Source: Hypanus sabinus
Taxonomy: Eukaryota
Direction of reading: 5' to 3'
Length of the DNA: 64,000 nucleotides
NCBI RefSeq assembly: GCF_030144855.1
Contig: NC_082706.1
Location: 162,006,001-162,070,000 of the forward strand
The notes under the pieces are model-generated. The model saw nothing but the letters and a program-made list of their open reading frames with translations, made no database searches and had not been told where the DNA came from. Positions 51,384 through 64,000 of the stretch are shown in pieces. A program made the position numbers and the translations under genes. The first letter of the stretch is position 1. Each line of letters begins with the position of its first letter.

Positions 51384-51769
51384 AAGAATATTATTAATTA
51401 TTTCCTTTGGGATTGAAAACACAAATGAAGAATATTAATTTCATTTATACAGGGAATTATGGGACCATGTCTGGAGTACCGTCTATTTCATTGCTCTCCT
51501 TGCTGAAGGTGTTTGTGTTAGAAGCAGCTTGGAGAAGTTTTCCTGGACAGTTACTTAAGCTTATTTTTCCCTCATTAACTGACACAGCACTTTCATCTTT
51601 ACGCATCTGAAGAGTGTGAAATATTGCCATGGACAGGAGCTGTAGTAATACTGAACAGGTGCAATGAACAACTGATGTCTCTGCAGTGGAAGCACTCTGG
51701 CACCTTCAACAGCAGTGAGAACAATCATGTATCTCTTTAGCTAATCATGATTAATGGATTAAGAAGTGT

Positions 51770-52826
51770 TAGTGGTGGGTGAGGAATGAGAAAGGCTAAT
51801 TAGGATGTTTAAATAATGGGAATAAAGGGGGTGTTTTCTGGTTGGCTCCTGGAGAGTGCTGATGTTCCCTAAGGGTTGCTGTTGGGCCTTATGATTTTCA
51901 CATTCCATGTTAATGATCAGGGTTACAGAATTAATTGCGGTGTGGCCAAGTATGCAGAGAATATGAAGATAGATGGACGAGCAGGTAGTGCTGAGGAAGT
52001 GGGGAGTCTGTAGAAAGACGGGTAGATTCGAAGAGTGGGCAAACAAGTGGCAGGTGGAATACTGTGTGGGGAAGCGAATGGCCATGCACTTTGGTCGAAG
52101 GAATAAAAATGTAGACTATTTTCTAAATGGGACGTGAATTCCAAAATGAGAAGTGTAAGGGGGCTGGAGAGCCCTAGGACAGGATTTCCTGCTTTATTTT
52201 GCAGGTTGATTTGTTAGTAAGAAAAATAAATGCAATATTAACATTCATTTTGAGAGGACTGGAATATAAAAACAAGGATTTAATGCTGAGGCTTTGTAAG
52301 GCATTACCCAGAGCACTTTGAGTATTGGGAGCAGTTTTGGGGCCCAGATCTAAGAAAGGGTGTGCTGGCATTGGACGTTTGAGAATGATCCCAGAATGGA
52401 AAGTGTGATCACAGAATGAGGTATAAAGTAATGGCTCTAGGCCTATGCTTTGAAACTGTCATGGGGGGGAGGGGTGGAATCTATTGAAACCTACCAAATA
52501 TTGAAAGGCCTAGATAGTGTGGACATGGGGGGAATGTTGACAATAGTGGCAAAGGCTAGGACCAGAGGGCACAGCCTCAGAATAGAAGGATGTTCCCCTA
52601 AAAAAGAAGTGAGGAAGAATTTATTTAACCACAAATGCCTGTGAAGGCCAGGTCATTAGGTAAATTTAAAATGGAGACTAACAGAATCTTGATTAGTAAG
52701 GGCATTAAAAGTTACAGGGAGAACGCAGGAGAATAAGATTGAGAGGGAAAGTCAATCAAGCATAATCAAATGGTGGTGCAGACTTGATGGGCTGAATGGC
52801 CTATCTTATGCCTCATGATCTTGTGG
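51770..52826 (+). mobile_element. Degenerate CR1 RT 3' part
   Basis: IETYQILKGLD..TRGHSLRI; homologous to 36245-37193. Confidence 0.8.
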
Positions 52827-53680
52827 TTTTAATTATAAAATGGATAATTCAATGTTAACTCAGGTACAGTATGGAAAATAAAATGTGGGAAAGTGCCAAG
52901 GGGGAGACCAAGAAAAAATAAATGAAGCTGTAGTATTTATGAAGATGTTTACTTGAACTTGTCTCCAAAAACAACCTGCAGCCCAAAGGAATAAGACTCC
53001 ACACTGCCAACTGTTCAATTTCTGGGCAAGAGAAGTTGTCTGAAGGCTATTAACAATTATCTTTTTAATTGTTGCTATTACAATGTAAGCTGCTAATTAC
53101 TTGATTTAACTTTCTGTGGTGATTTTAATGCATCAAATTCGTGCACCCCATTGTGAGGTTAAGAATATTAAGACCTTAAGGATAATTAGTGTGTTAATTG
53201 GGTTACAACTCATCTCTTTCGTTCATCAAATTCCAAGGTTACATTAACTCATTGATTTTTTTGCACAGTACTCTTTACTCTTTTTCTGATTCCAATCAGA
53301 CACTGGAATCATTGAAGAAGAAAGTCCTTGGAAATGACAACTGTGACATGGGCTTTCAGTGAAGAATGGAAAGTAAAATGCATTTTGTGATTTAGCGGTA
53401 TGGCTTTTGATCCATTACTTTGATGTTCCACTGTGCCACAAATAGTATTGTCTTTGGCCAAGTCAGTCAAACACTTGGTTGATGAGAACACCATGTCACC
53501 TTCAGAAATTCAATCAGATTTAAAAAAGGTTTACTTGATGTCAGATTAAACACTCCGTGCTGTGGTTTCTATACTTTGGGATTTGCACATTGAATCAATT
53601 TCTTGGCGACATTAGCCTCTGTAGCTCCCTATAATTTTAATTCCAACAGGCCTATTTTATGCTAGCATTTTATACTAGCA

Positions 53681-54466
53681 GAGATTTGACATGTCAACAA
53701 ATACACTCAAGAACTTCTATAGTGATGCACTATCAATAACTCTCGGAGACGTGAGGCGAGATACAGGCTTTTATTGACTGGAAGAAAGAACAAGCAAAAA
53801 TTGACCACCACACTGCATCCTGGAGACTGAGGCCAGGGTGGAGTCCCCAATCGTCTTTATACCGGGGTCCATGGGAGGAGCCACAGGAGCAGTCAGCAGA
53901 GGGGCGTGTCCAGACACGTATATGTAGTTCACCACACATAGTTTACCACAGAAAGCATTCTGACAGGCTGCATCACTGTCTGGTATGGGGAGGGCGGCTA
54001 CTGCACAGGACAAAAAAAAGCTGCAGAATTCTAGTCAGCTTCATCGTGGGTACTAGCCTACAAAGTACCCAGGACATCTTCAGGAAGCGGTGTCTCAGAA
54101 AGGCAGCGTCCATTATTAAGAACCTGCAGCACCCAGGGCATGCCCTTCTCTCACTCTTACGATCAGGTAGGAGGTACAGAAGCCTGAAGGCCCACACTCG
54201 GTGATTCAGGAACAGTTTCTTCCCCTCTGCCATCCGATTCCTAAATGGAACATTGCATTTTTGGACACTACCTCACCTTTTTAATATACAGTATTTCTGT
54301 TTTTGCACAATTTTTAATCTATTCCATATACACAATTGATTATTTGTTTATTATTTTATTTCATTTATCATTTTTTCTATTATGTATTGCATTGAACCAC
54401 TGCTGCTCAGTTAACAAATTTCACGTCACATGCCGGTGATAATAAACCTGATTCTGATTCTGATTC
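53681..54466 (+). mobile_element. Rex1/Babar-like 3' fragment (same family as 48497-51383)
   Basis: MSTNTLKNFY|SFTTESILTGCITVWYG...RNSFFPSAIR, with AATAAA and a (CTGATT)n tail. Confidence 0.85.
53723..53936 (-). mobile_element. 214-bp solo LTR inserted into the Rex element
   Basis: TG...CA termini and a 5-bp TSD tatag/catag. TATAAA and AATAAA occur in LTR order on the minus strand. Confidence 0.8.
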
Positions 54467-56423
54467 ATTCTAATCTGCCCATTAGCAGAGACTAGAGTTC
54501 CATATAACAATATTATATCAGTCAATAATTTCCATGTCTGTGCCTATTCTGTTCATTTTATATTCATTAATTTTATTGATCTGTGGTCATTTATCCAAGA
54601 TTAAAATTAAATAGAATATCGGAACTTTATCAATAATAGTTAGGAAATACTTTAATGAGCAAAAGGACATACAAGTTTTAGTCTTATTCTCAAAGTTCTT
54701 AATTCCATTTAGACAAAAATCTATTTATGTTACATTTATTTTTGGAGTACAAGTCATCTACTGAAATAAATAATATTGTGGATGTGAATACAATGATACT
54801 GTAAGCTCAAAAGGGTATACTTGACACTATAACAATATCAATCCCTATCCATTTTCACAGAATCCATTTTAAAATTATATTTCTGTCTGAATTTGTGACA
54901 GATTCTCCATTTTAAAATTTGAACAAATTATCACGTTGCACATCTTTTATAACCTCCTTCAGGTTGTTACCTATTGCACCTCCATTTTGTGGACTTGGAT
55001 ATCATCATCCTTCATTTTATGTTGCTGTGGTTTCCCTTATTCCTATTGGTGTAGAAGTATCACTTGTGATACTCTTTTTACGAGCTCTGCTGTAGGCCAG
55101 GGATGGATGAGATTCTTTGATATATGAACTGAGGATTGGTTAAAGTCTATAGTATCAGCTGTGTGTGGGGTTTGCATAACTGGATCCAGTATGTGAACTG
55201 GTTGCCCTGTCCACATCCTAGGTAATAAGTGGCAAAGTCTGCCATTCCTCACAGATCGCCACAGACAGCAAACTGAAGCAAGTGACTGAATGAAGGAGGA
55301 TAGCGAGGCACTTTATCTAAAACTACAGCAGGATATAGATCCAATGGAAATTTGCAAGGAAAGCAACTGCTGACATTGTGATTCAAAACAGAAATCTGCG
55401 TCCTGTTGCATGGTTTTAACCCAAAATATTATAATTTCCTTTCCTTCCACTGATACTGCTCGACCCACCAACAAATTGTTTGTTGTACGGTGGGAATGCT
55501 GGGAATTGAATTTTCAATTATGTCTCCATCATGGCAATTTAGCTCAGACTGCTAGTAGCTAGATAAAGAGGGAAACACCTCTTTACTCTGTGCCCAATGC
55601 AGCTCCTAAAGGTGATTGCTGCTGGTAAAGAGTAATAATGAATACAATGAAATCACACATGTGCTGAATTTATTGGTAATGTTAATAAGAACAATCGAAG
55701 GTGCCTGAGGTGCTTTGCCTCAAGGATGTCTGGGATATAAACTGCATATGAGGAAGTTGAACTCTGTTGCTGACAATCAATAAGTCGTAGTGACTTATTT
55801 TAGCTGACCACTGTCTCCAGTGCTTCATATAAGCTGAATTATTTAAAGAATAAGTGTTCCTGAAGCAACTTTATGCTTACAATTACGTTGAGGGGAGAAA
55901 AAGGTGGCCGATAACCATATAACAATTACAGCATGGAAACAGGCCATCTCGGCCCTTCTAGTCCGTACCAAATGCTTACTCACCTAGACCCACTGACTCG
56001 CACTCAGCCCATAACCCTCTATTCCTTTCCTGTCCGTATACCTTTCCAATTTTACCATCATTTACTTCAAATTTCAGGAGAATAGAGCAAGATAGGAAAA
56101 GCAGTCTCATTTTGGAAAAGTATTATAATTAAAACAAGCAATCATAACAGAATTGTATATAGGATAATCTTCTACTAATTGATTAGGTACATTTCTAGTT
56201 GGGTAAATTATTAACCCATTGATGGATTAACAATAAAAAGTAAAATTTTAAGAGTAATGCAAGCTTCTGATATTAAGAATGATATAATTAAAATGTTTTA
56301 CCCATGTTCAAGAGCGTGAATTTACTTGACACAATTATCACTGCTTTGCAGCAGTATGGAATGTACTAATAATGACAATATGGTATTAAAACGCTTTTGA
56401 AACTGTTCAAAAGTTCCTTAGCT

Positions 56424-56825
56424 TCAAAGTTCAAAGTAAATTTATTACGAAGTGCATATGTCACCATATACTACCAAGATTCATTCTCTTGCAGGAATTC
56501 ACGGTAAGTACAAAGAAAGGCAATACCGTAGTTAATGAAAAATTGTGCACAACAAAGGTGGACAAACAGCCAGTGTGCAAAGAGAACAAACTGAGCAAAT
56601 ACAAAGAAGAGAAAATGATAATCAGAATAATAAGTAAGCAATAACTATTGCGAACACGAGGTGTAGGGTCCATAAAAATGAGTCCATATGTTGTGGAATC
56701 ATTTCATTGTTGGGGTTGAGTGAAGTTATGCCCTTTGGCTCAACAGCATGATGGTTGATGTGTAATAACCGTTTCGGAACCTGGACATGTGGGATTTGAG
56801 GTTCCTCTGCCTCCTTATACTTCCT
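56424..56825 (-). mobile_element. Rex-type LINE 3' fragment
   Basis: Tail ttcaaagttcaaagtaaatttatt and a degenerate 3' ORF motif. Confidence 0.6.
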
Positions 56826-57895
56826 CATATTTGCTGTATGTTCTTGTATTTTCAGCTGCATAATTTAACATCCAACATTGAATAATATGATTTGCTTGCA
56901 GTATAACCTGAGAAGTAAGATTCAGCATCTTTTGTATATTGGTATTTCCTCTTGAAATCAATAGCTGTCAGATTAATGAGCAAACTATGCCCAACCATCC
57001 TTAGACTATGGGGCTATGGGGAAATACCTATGGGGAAATGTGTAACAAATAAGATCTCAGTACATAAATTCATTGCATTATCACATTATGTAGAGATGTT
57101 TCAAAGGCACTCTGTGAATGAATCCTCTAGGTATTTCTGCTTAGTGTTTCAGGTACCAAGTACTCATTCCATTCATAATCAATGTATTGAACTACCATGG
57201 AAGATTTTACACTTAAGCTAAAAAAAACAGGTAACAACACTGTCTGTAATGCCCAGCTGTTATAAGAGTACTTCTGCAAAATCTCATCCCGCCATATGTA
57301 TATCAGAATGGGAAATATCACCCACCTCCAACACTACTTTTGAGTGGTCATGCCTTGGCAAATGAAAGCTACCTGCAAAATCAAGCAAGGCTACAAAGAT
57401 AGGGCAATGTGTCTTTCTGGGAATCACATTTGTGGGTTAAAAGAAAGTAACATGGAGCATGGCAGGAAATAAGCTAATTTGCAGTAACTTCTACCCAAGT
57501 GCAGAACTTTGGAGACTTCCAAACTTGGCTGATGAGAAAGCTAAAGTTTGATATTGCATGCACTCCAATTGATAAGTATCTCAAAAGTTACAGGAGAGGC
57601 AAAGTAGATGGGTGCACTGATAAATGTCTCCCCCTGAACTCTGAAGGCTTATGCAATTAGATTGCCTTTGCAAATTTTTGGTGCTTGTGATCATATAAAG
57701 CAAAGTGACCATCACAGATAAATGATAATTTTATTTTCAAAGTTACATGGAACAACAATTTTCACTAATTCTAACTGGTATAAAAGGCTCCACTTCACAC
57801 CTCAAAGACTATGCATTGCATTTACAACTTTATTTCTTGGAAGCTGAGATTCGGATAACTTTATACCCTGATGATGATCATCTGTTTACAATACA

Positions 57896-58068
57896 GAAAT
57901 GTTAACAGCAAACTGACAATGGTTCTGCTTTTCCAATCCAGTTACAGAACAGGTAACAACAGCAGATAGGGGAAGAGCAGTAGATTGTCAGCAACTGCTG
58001 GGGAAATATGTTGTTGAACTAAAGAAATGCTACTGGTATGTAGACATCACACTACTGAACCTGATAAG
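57896..58068. repeat. ~170-bp direct repeat, copy 1 (contains a hairpin)
   Basis: Near-identical to 59583-59755. Confidence 0.92.
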
Positions 58069-58225
58069 ATCTTTCCACTTGCACACATAATCTCCTTAGT
58101 TGGACATCCTGTGAAATGAACCTACATCTTGCTTTTCATCACTGGTGGACTGTGGCTGTGTCAGACACATGTTCACCAGCACTGAGTCCTTAGCCCTGCT
58201 TTCCTACTCTTCTCTACAAACAAGA

Positions 58226-59010
58226 GTCATAGAATTATAGAGCCATTGAGTGCTAAGCACAGAAACAGGCCTGTCAGCCCATCTAGTCCATGATGGACTC
58301 TTATTCCCTAATTCAATCAACCCTCTTCTGGATGATAGTCTGCCATACTCCTCCCATTCATATACTGTACTTAGCCACACTTTTCTTAAACTTTGCAATC
58401 ATACCTGCATACACCACTTCAGCTGGTAGTTTGTTTCACACTCACATGACTCTCTGATTGGAGAAGTTCTACCTCAGGTTTTCCTTAAATATTTCACCCT
58501 TCACCCTTAACCTATGACCCCAAGTTCTAGTCTCATGCAATCTTAGTGGAAAAGGCCTACTTGCATTTACCCTCATAATTTTGTATATCTCTATCAAATC
58601 TCCTGTCATTCTCCCATGCTCCAGAAAATAAAGTCCCAACCTATTCAATCTTTCTTGCTTAACTTTGACATGTTCTTGCTTATCATCCTGCTTTGCACTG
58701 TCTTCACAAACATCAAGATCCCATTCACTGGTGAATATTGAAGCAAAGTATTCTTTAGGGACCTCCCCTATCTCCTTTGACTCCTGGCAAGTTTTCCCTT
58801 TTATCCCTGACATTAGTCATCATTCTGTTCTTCACTAACATGGAGAATGCATTGCTGTTTTCCTTAATTTTACTCACCAATTTTACTCTCATGTCCCTTT
58901 CTAACCCTCCTAAGTCCCTTCTTTAGATCCTTCCTGGTAACCTCATAACTCTTTGCTTCCTAAATCTTAATTGTGCTTTGTTCATTCTCTTGACTGTTTC
59001 ACTTCTTATC
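58226..59010 (-). mobile_element. Degenerate CR1 fragments
   Basis: ERLNRLGLYFLE..GDLIEIYKIM..TWGHRL and EYFASIFT motifs. Confidence 0.75.
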
Positions 59011-59582
59011 TTATTTGCTGTCTTTGTGGATTTCAGCAAAGTACACTTTAATCTCAGCAAGTGATTCTTCAAAGAGGGAAGAATGGAAGTTCAATGTGCC
59101 TTTTGCTTCAAGGCCATAAGGACAACAACAACTGTTTTTCAGATGCTATCATTTCATTGTCCCAAATTCAGCAGGAGTTTCAAAATGTCGATTCTGGTTT
59201 TAAAACAGCAGCATATTGTACAAAAAAAAAATGAGAGTAAGATTGCAAACCTAAGCAGCAGGGAAAAAAAACAATCATTATTCAATTTATGATGAGTTGG
59301 CAAATAAGGACATAAAATCAATCAAATGGCTGAAGTCATCATAATAAACAATGTGTGATTGTTTATGCTTTAATACTCCCCTATTTCATGAAATTTCATG
59401 TCATTTTCCATTGTAATGCACGACAGCAGGTTTCTGCAGCAAAGGAACAGCAGCATTAACAGGAGAGTTACAGGTAAGGAAAACACAGCTCCAATGTGCT
59501 TCCATGAAATATGCAATGATTTGATTCACTGGACTCTTCTGATCATCTTTATTAATTACAGTAGGAGATCTGCAAATTCACT

Positions 59583-59755
59583 GAGATGTTACCAGCAAAC
59601 TGACAATGGTTCTGCTTCTCCAATCCGGTTACTGAACAGGTAACAACAGCAGATAGGGGAAGGGCAGTAGATTGTCAGCAACTGCTGGGGAAATATGCTG
59701 TTGAACTAAAGAAATGCTACTGGTATGTAGACATCACACTACTGAACCTGATAAG
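59583..59755. repeat. ~170-bp direct repeat, copy 2
   Basis: Offset 1687 bp from copy 1, with few substitutions and no indels seen. Confidence 0.92.
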
Positions 59756-61303
59756 GTTCAGTATTATTTGTCAGGAATTATTTGTCACAAACCTCATCAA
59801 AGCCACAGCAGACTATCGGCAGAGGCACTGAAGGAAGTTCTCATGTGGACACTTTGCCTCTCTTGTTCCCTGACACAAAATACAACGGGCACAACTACCC
59901 TGCTTGACCGTACCAGATTTTGGTGGCCTGGACAACTAATGTGGTTCACCCTCAGGTGTGCCAAGCTTCACTGGTGTCTCCAGGAACAAAAAGCGTGACC
60001 CTTGTCAGACTGCTGAGGGGATGAATAAAAAGCTTCATTAACATCATGGCTAGGGATTTTATATTTTCCCCTTAGTGACCACACTGTTGTAAGAGATCAA
60101 GATTCATATCATGCACATCTTTTGCTCCATTTTTCTGGAACAAATGCCCTATGTTTTTGAGGCAAAGTTATGATTACTTTTTAAACAAACTGCATTTTTG
60201 AATAAACTGACTTTGTTTGCTGCAGGATAGACTGAGTTGTGCCTTAATTCATCTTCAACCCTTTTGGATTTAATGTAATTACTGAATTGTTTATAAACTA
60301 TTTACAGTATAAGTGCTTTCATTTGTTATTTTAAAACCAATGGAAAGAAAAAGCTAACAACAAGTGAAAACCCACTGTGGCACAGCCCTGGATCTGGCAA
60401 AGTCTCTTAGAAATCAAGGCAACGTGCTAGTTCCCAGATCTTCTGGATCTACTGCTCTCACCAGCATTCAGTGCTTTGCTGACCTGGGAATTTCCTTTTG
60501 ACAAAATGGTGCAGTATCAGAACCCTTGTCCTGATTTTGTGTAGCTGCTGAGTGAAGATCTGATGAAGATCACCCTCTCTTTATCTTAGAGGATTACCCT
60601 CGGCATCGTTATGTTTTTTCTTTAACAAAGATACACCTGCGTGGGTTTAAACACTAGAACTATTTTGTTTACAGGTTTACAGAATGGCCTCAGCTCGACC
60701 ACATTTTACTCGGGACTTTCAGCCCGCCAAGAGCGTGTGTGCCCTGTTCACCAACACCACTTCTGGTTCCGGGTGAACCACCTGCACTGCACATTGAGAA
60801 ATGAAGTTCATTATTATGCACACATAATACCATAGGCAGCACACAAACAGGAATGCAATGCAGGAGAACCTGGAACATTGTCTGCACCCCTCACCCAATC
60901 GCATTGGTTTAGCAGTCATTCCGAGCACAGGGCTAGCACCTGCAGTTTTTTTTATCACCAGCTCCACCTAATCACAAACATTTGAAGTTTTTTTGACAGA
61001 AGAAGGTCTTCTATTGTTTATTCTGACTTTTATATTTGGACGTTGGCATTTACTGGTAAGGGAAGCAGACTAATAAACAACCAAATCCCAAAATCCATAA
61101 AATTAAGCACCAGCGAAGTCAAAGTATTTGTTACTTACCCTGGTCCTAGTTCATCAAACTACTTTCCATAGTTGCATCTGTTTGTTACTTCAGTCTTTGT
61201 ACTAAACCAGCAACTCGTGCTTTGACAAAACTACCCATAGATTGCAGATCTCCAGATTAATGCTAAGTATCTCAGATCTATGGGAAAGTGTACAATTAAC
61301 TAT

Positions 61304-61452
61304 TCAGGCTGAGATGTTGACTGTCCTGCTGACGGAGATGTCCTGTCCTTTTGCTGCCCTTTTCCAGAGGTGCTGCCTGGCCTGCTGAGTTCCTCCAGCA
61401 TTTTGTGTGTGTTGCTTGGATTGCCAGCATCTGCAGATTTTCTCTTCTTTGC
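61304..61452 (+). mobile_element. Penelope pLTR-derived short element
   Basis: tgctgcctggcctgctgagttcctccagcattttgtgtgtgttgc...cagcatctgcagattttctc; hammerhead eroded. Confidence 0.8.
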
Positions 61453-61496
61453 GTCTATTCCTTATGCTTGACGTGGATTTCAGCAAGCTATTCTAC

Positions 61497-62520
61497 TTCA
61501 AAAGTTCGAAGTACATTTATTATCGAAGCATGTGTTCAGATACCGGCTGGTGGCACAGTGACATCAGTGCCGGACCCCAGAGGAAAGGTTCCTGAGTTCG
61601 AATCCAGTCGGGCCGCTCCCAGTCATGCTTTCCATCCGTGCCAGGTTGAGTGTCAAGATCGCAACTCGGTCTCATAAAAAAAAAACAACTTGACTGTGAG
61701 AAGGACGGGGGGGGGGGGGGAACGACCACTCATAGAATCTTTCCTCCAAGAGAACCACCTGAAAAAAGTGGTCACCGAGGCTCTGGCAGTGCATAGCACT
61801 CACAAATAAAATATATTCATATACAACCTTGAGATTTGTCTCCAGACACAAAACAAGGAAACCCAACAGAACCCATTAAACAGGACTGTCAATTACCCAG
61901 TGTGCAGGGAAAAGGTGCAAGCAGTAAGGTAAGTTCATTCAGAACTGAAGCTCATGAAAGTCGGTCCACAGCCATGAAGCCAGTCACAGCCGACCCAGGA
62001 GCCCGTTAGTTACAGGTCACAGCATCAGTTCAGTGCAGAGACAAGGAAACTCCGCAGAGCAGCAAACTGAGCACCGGTCTGTCCTTCTCCTCCATCCCTG
62101 ACACCCTGACCTTTTCAATCTGGCCCTGCACTAAAGTCAGGTTGTTCCTCACCCAGGCCCTACAGCTTTGATAAACATTGGGCTTGGATCCCACCAACTA
62201 GACTCGGCCCATACCTGACCTTTCCAATCTGGTGCTTAAATCGCACAAACAGTGTGTCAATCCTTGCTCTCAAGCCTGGGCCCCACCACCTCACCTCAGA
62301 CCTACTGCTTCAAATCACCTCCGTCCACTCCAGCAAAAGCCAATCATTGGCTCATTCTCCACTCTTGGCCTGCGCCCCACTGCCTCGATTCAGCCCATAC
62401 CCACTGGCAACCATCCTGCACCTTTGAGACTTCAGTTCACATCACAAAATGACAGGTTGTACAGGCAGCTTAAAAGCTGAACTCCGAAACGGAAGTTAAA
62501 GGCTACTGACAGATCTCTGG
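61497..62520 (-). mobile_element. Non-autonomous retroelement (family of 21886-22653), interrupted by a SINE
   Basis: Shared blocks caaccttgagattt, agaaccc, cagttcagt, ttttcaatctgg and cctgcacctttgagactt. Confidence 0.72.
61545..61810 (+). mobile_element. tRNA-derived SINE
   Basis: Pol III A box TGGCACAGTGAC and B box GAGTTCGAATCC, an A-rich end, and imperfect flanking duplication tgttcagatac/tattcatatac. Confidence 0.78.
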
Positions 62521-62939
62521 CCAGTGTTGCTTGATAACTCTTCTATGAAATGCTTCAGGACATTATATTGCATTAAATGTGTTTAATCAGTGCAAGTTCT
62601 TGGTGTTTATATTGGTCAGGCATATCAGTGAAGCATTTAAGCTCTCTTGGGTCTATAGATCAGCACAATTTTTCAACTTTTGTTACCTTTTCTATATTTG
62701 TCTTTATTTAAGTAATGTATGTGGTCAATTAGTAATCAACAACTCGAAGAGTCATTTTAGAATACACTACAAATTGCTTCCTTCCTCCCTCCCTCTCCAG
62801 GGGCTGGAAATAAACATCATTTTGCAAACTATATGTTTATTTTTACAAGCTCATTGTTGATGGTGTGAAAGGAAAGTACTTGGCACTGTTTGCTATGTCA
62901 TACCCATTGAATCAATGACAACCATCATGTCTCCTGATA

Positions 62940-63625
62940 CCACTCCCTCTTCCTTGCATTAATCCATATCCCTCTTTTAATTCAAGTATCTATCCAGATG
63001 CTTCTTAAAAATTGTTACTGAACCTGCCTCCACCTCGTCCTCAGGCAGCTCACTTCTTATACCAACCCTTCGTTGGTTGAAAATTTTACCCTTTAGATCC
63101 ACTTCAAATTTAAATCTTAAACTTATGCCCTCTGATCTTAGATAGCCCTACCATAAGAAACATATACTGGCTTTCTACTTCTAATATATCTCATAACTTT
63201 ATAAATCTCTATCATGTCATCGCATGGCCTCCTTTGCTCTGGGAAAACAGACCCACCCTATCCTGTCTCTTCTTATAACTCAAGACCTTGACTCCAGGCA
63301 ACAACCTTGTGAGTTTTTTCTACACCTTCTCTAGCTTAGTTACATCTTTTCTGTAACATGTGATTAGATCTGCACACAATATTCCAAGCGCAGCCTGACC
63401 AACATTGTACACAACTATAGCATGATGTGCAAACTGTGTCTACCTGTATCAACGTGCTGTTGTACCTATACCCCAAGGTCTATCTGTTCAACAATACCAC
63501 CCCATCCAGGCCCTGTCATTCACTGTGCATCTCCTTCCTTGTTTTAACTTCACAAAATGCGTCTCTTCATATTTGCTTGTATTAAATTACATCTGCCATC
63601 TTCTTGTCCATTTTCCTAGTTGATC
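62940..63625 (-). mobile_element. Degenerate CR1 3' fragment
   Basis: Resembles 4300-4740 and 58226-58660; boundaries approximate. Confidence 0.6.
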
Positions 63626-64000
63626 TTCTCCAACAAGAAGTGTTGTGTATAATAGAAGTCTCTGAGAAACTGATAACCTAACCCTAACCCTTAAATGGTG
63701 CAACAAACTTGAGTTATGCTATTGGTTGATTATTATTTGATAACTATAGGAAACTATAGGAACTATACCAATTGTTATACTAGTCCTTTGTCAATCTGAA
63801 TAATGAAAAATAATAATTAAATATGGTTCCATGTTGTCCTGTCAGCAATATTTAAGTAGACATTATGATGATGTTCCAAGCATGTCCCATCTTTCATTTA
63901 GACATTTTCAAGTTTGTTAAATCAAAACGTCGTTGTCAGTGATTTTGCACATCAATTGCTGAGAATTGCTAATGAAGAGGCTGAGGAACAAATAATTTGC

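Noticed and set aside
57868-58064. C/D snoRNA or hammerhead (CTGATGATGA … GAAA / CTGA)
   Set aside because: Antisense to the host gene, no convincing stem I or terminal stem, and the 5' box is absent from the duplicate copy.
60594-60615. Possible coding alternative first exon (ATG CCG AGG|gtaat, minus strand)
   Set aside because: The ATG frame ends in phase 0, but exon 2 needs phase 2; the phase-2 frame has a nearby stop.
61545-61620. tRNA gene
   Set aside because: A and B boxes are present, but I could not form a full cloverleaf, and the sequence continues into a SINE body.
63675-63691. Interstitial telomeric repeat (taacc/taaccc)
   Set aside because: Fewer than three perfect units; compatible with chance.

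Overview
Eukaryotic genomic DNA, not microbial. The repeat complement (CR1, Rex1/Babar-like, Penelope-like, L1, Tc1, Gypsy) suggests a cartilaginous fish, probably a ray or skate; this is an inference. The only host gene is a KCNQ3-like (Kv7.3) voltage-gated K+ channel on the minus strand. Four GT-AG exons (91, 127, 173 and 141 bp) splice in frame and encode S1 to the pore helix. Exon 1 and exons 6 onward were not found, so 26340-64000 is probably intron 1. The introns hold nested, mostly decayed transposons. A full-length L1 with a 17-bp TSD splits an internally deleted hAT (Buster/Charlie) element. A complete sushi/Tf1-type chromovirus LTR element carries a self-priming PBS. There is also a Tc1 relic, many CR1 and Rex fragments, a solo LTR, a tRNA-SINE and two minisatellites. 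The most notable signal is a family of Penelope-derived, TSD-flanked, often fold-back mini-elements carrying minimal hammerhead-ribozyme motifs. One near-intact copy lies in the sense strand of the KCNQ intron, inside a ~0.55-kb-arm inverted repeat next to exon 4. A duplicated ~170-bp non-TE-looking segment with a ~95-nt hairpin is also unexplained. Most ORFs in the supplied track are TE fragments or noise.
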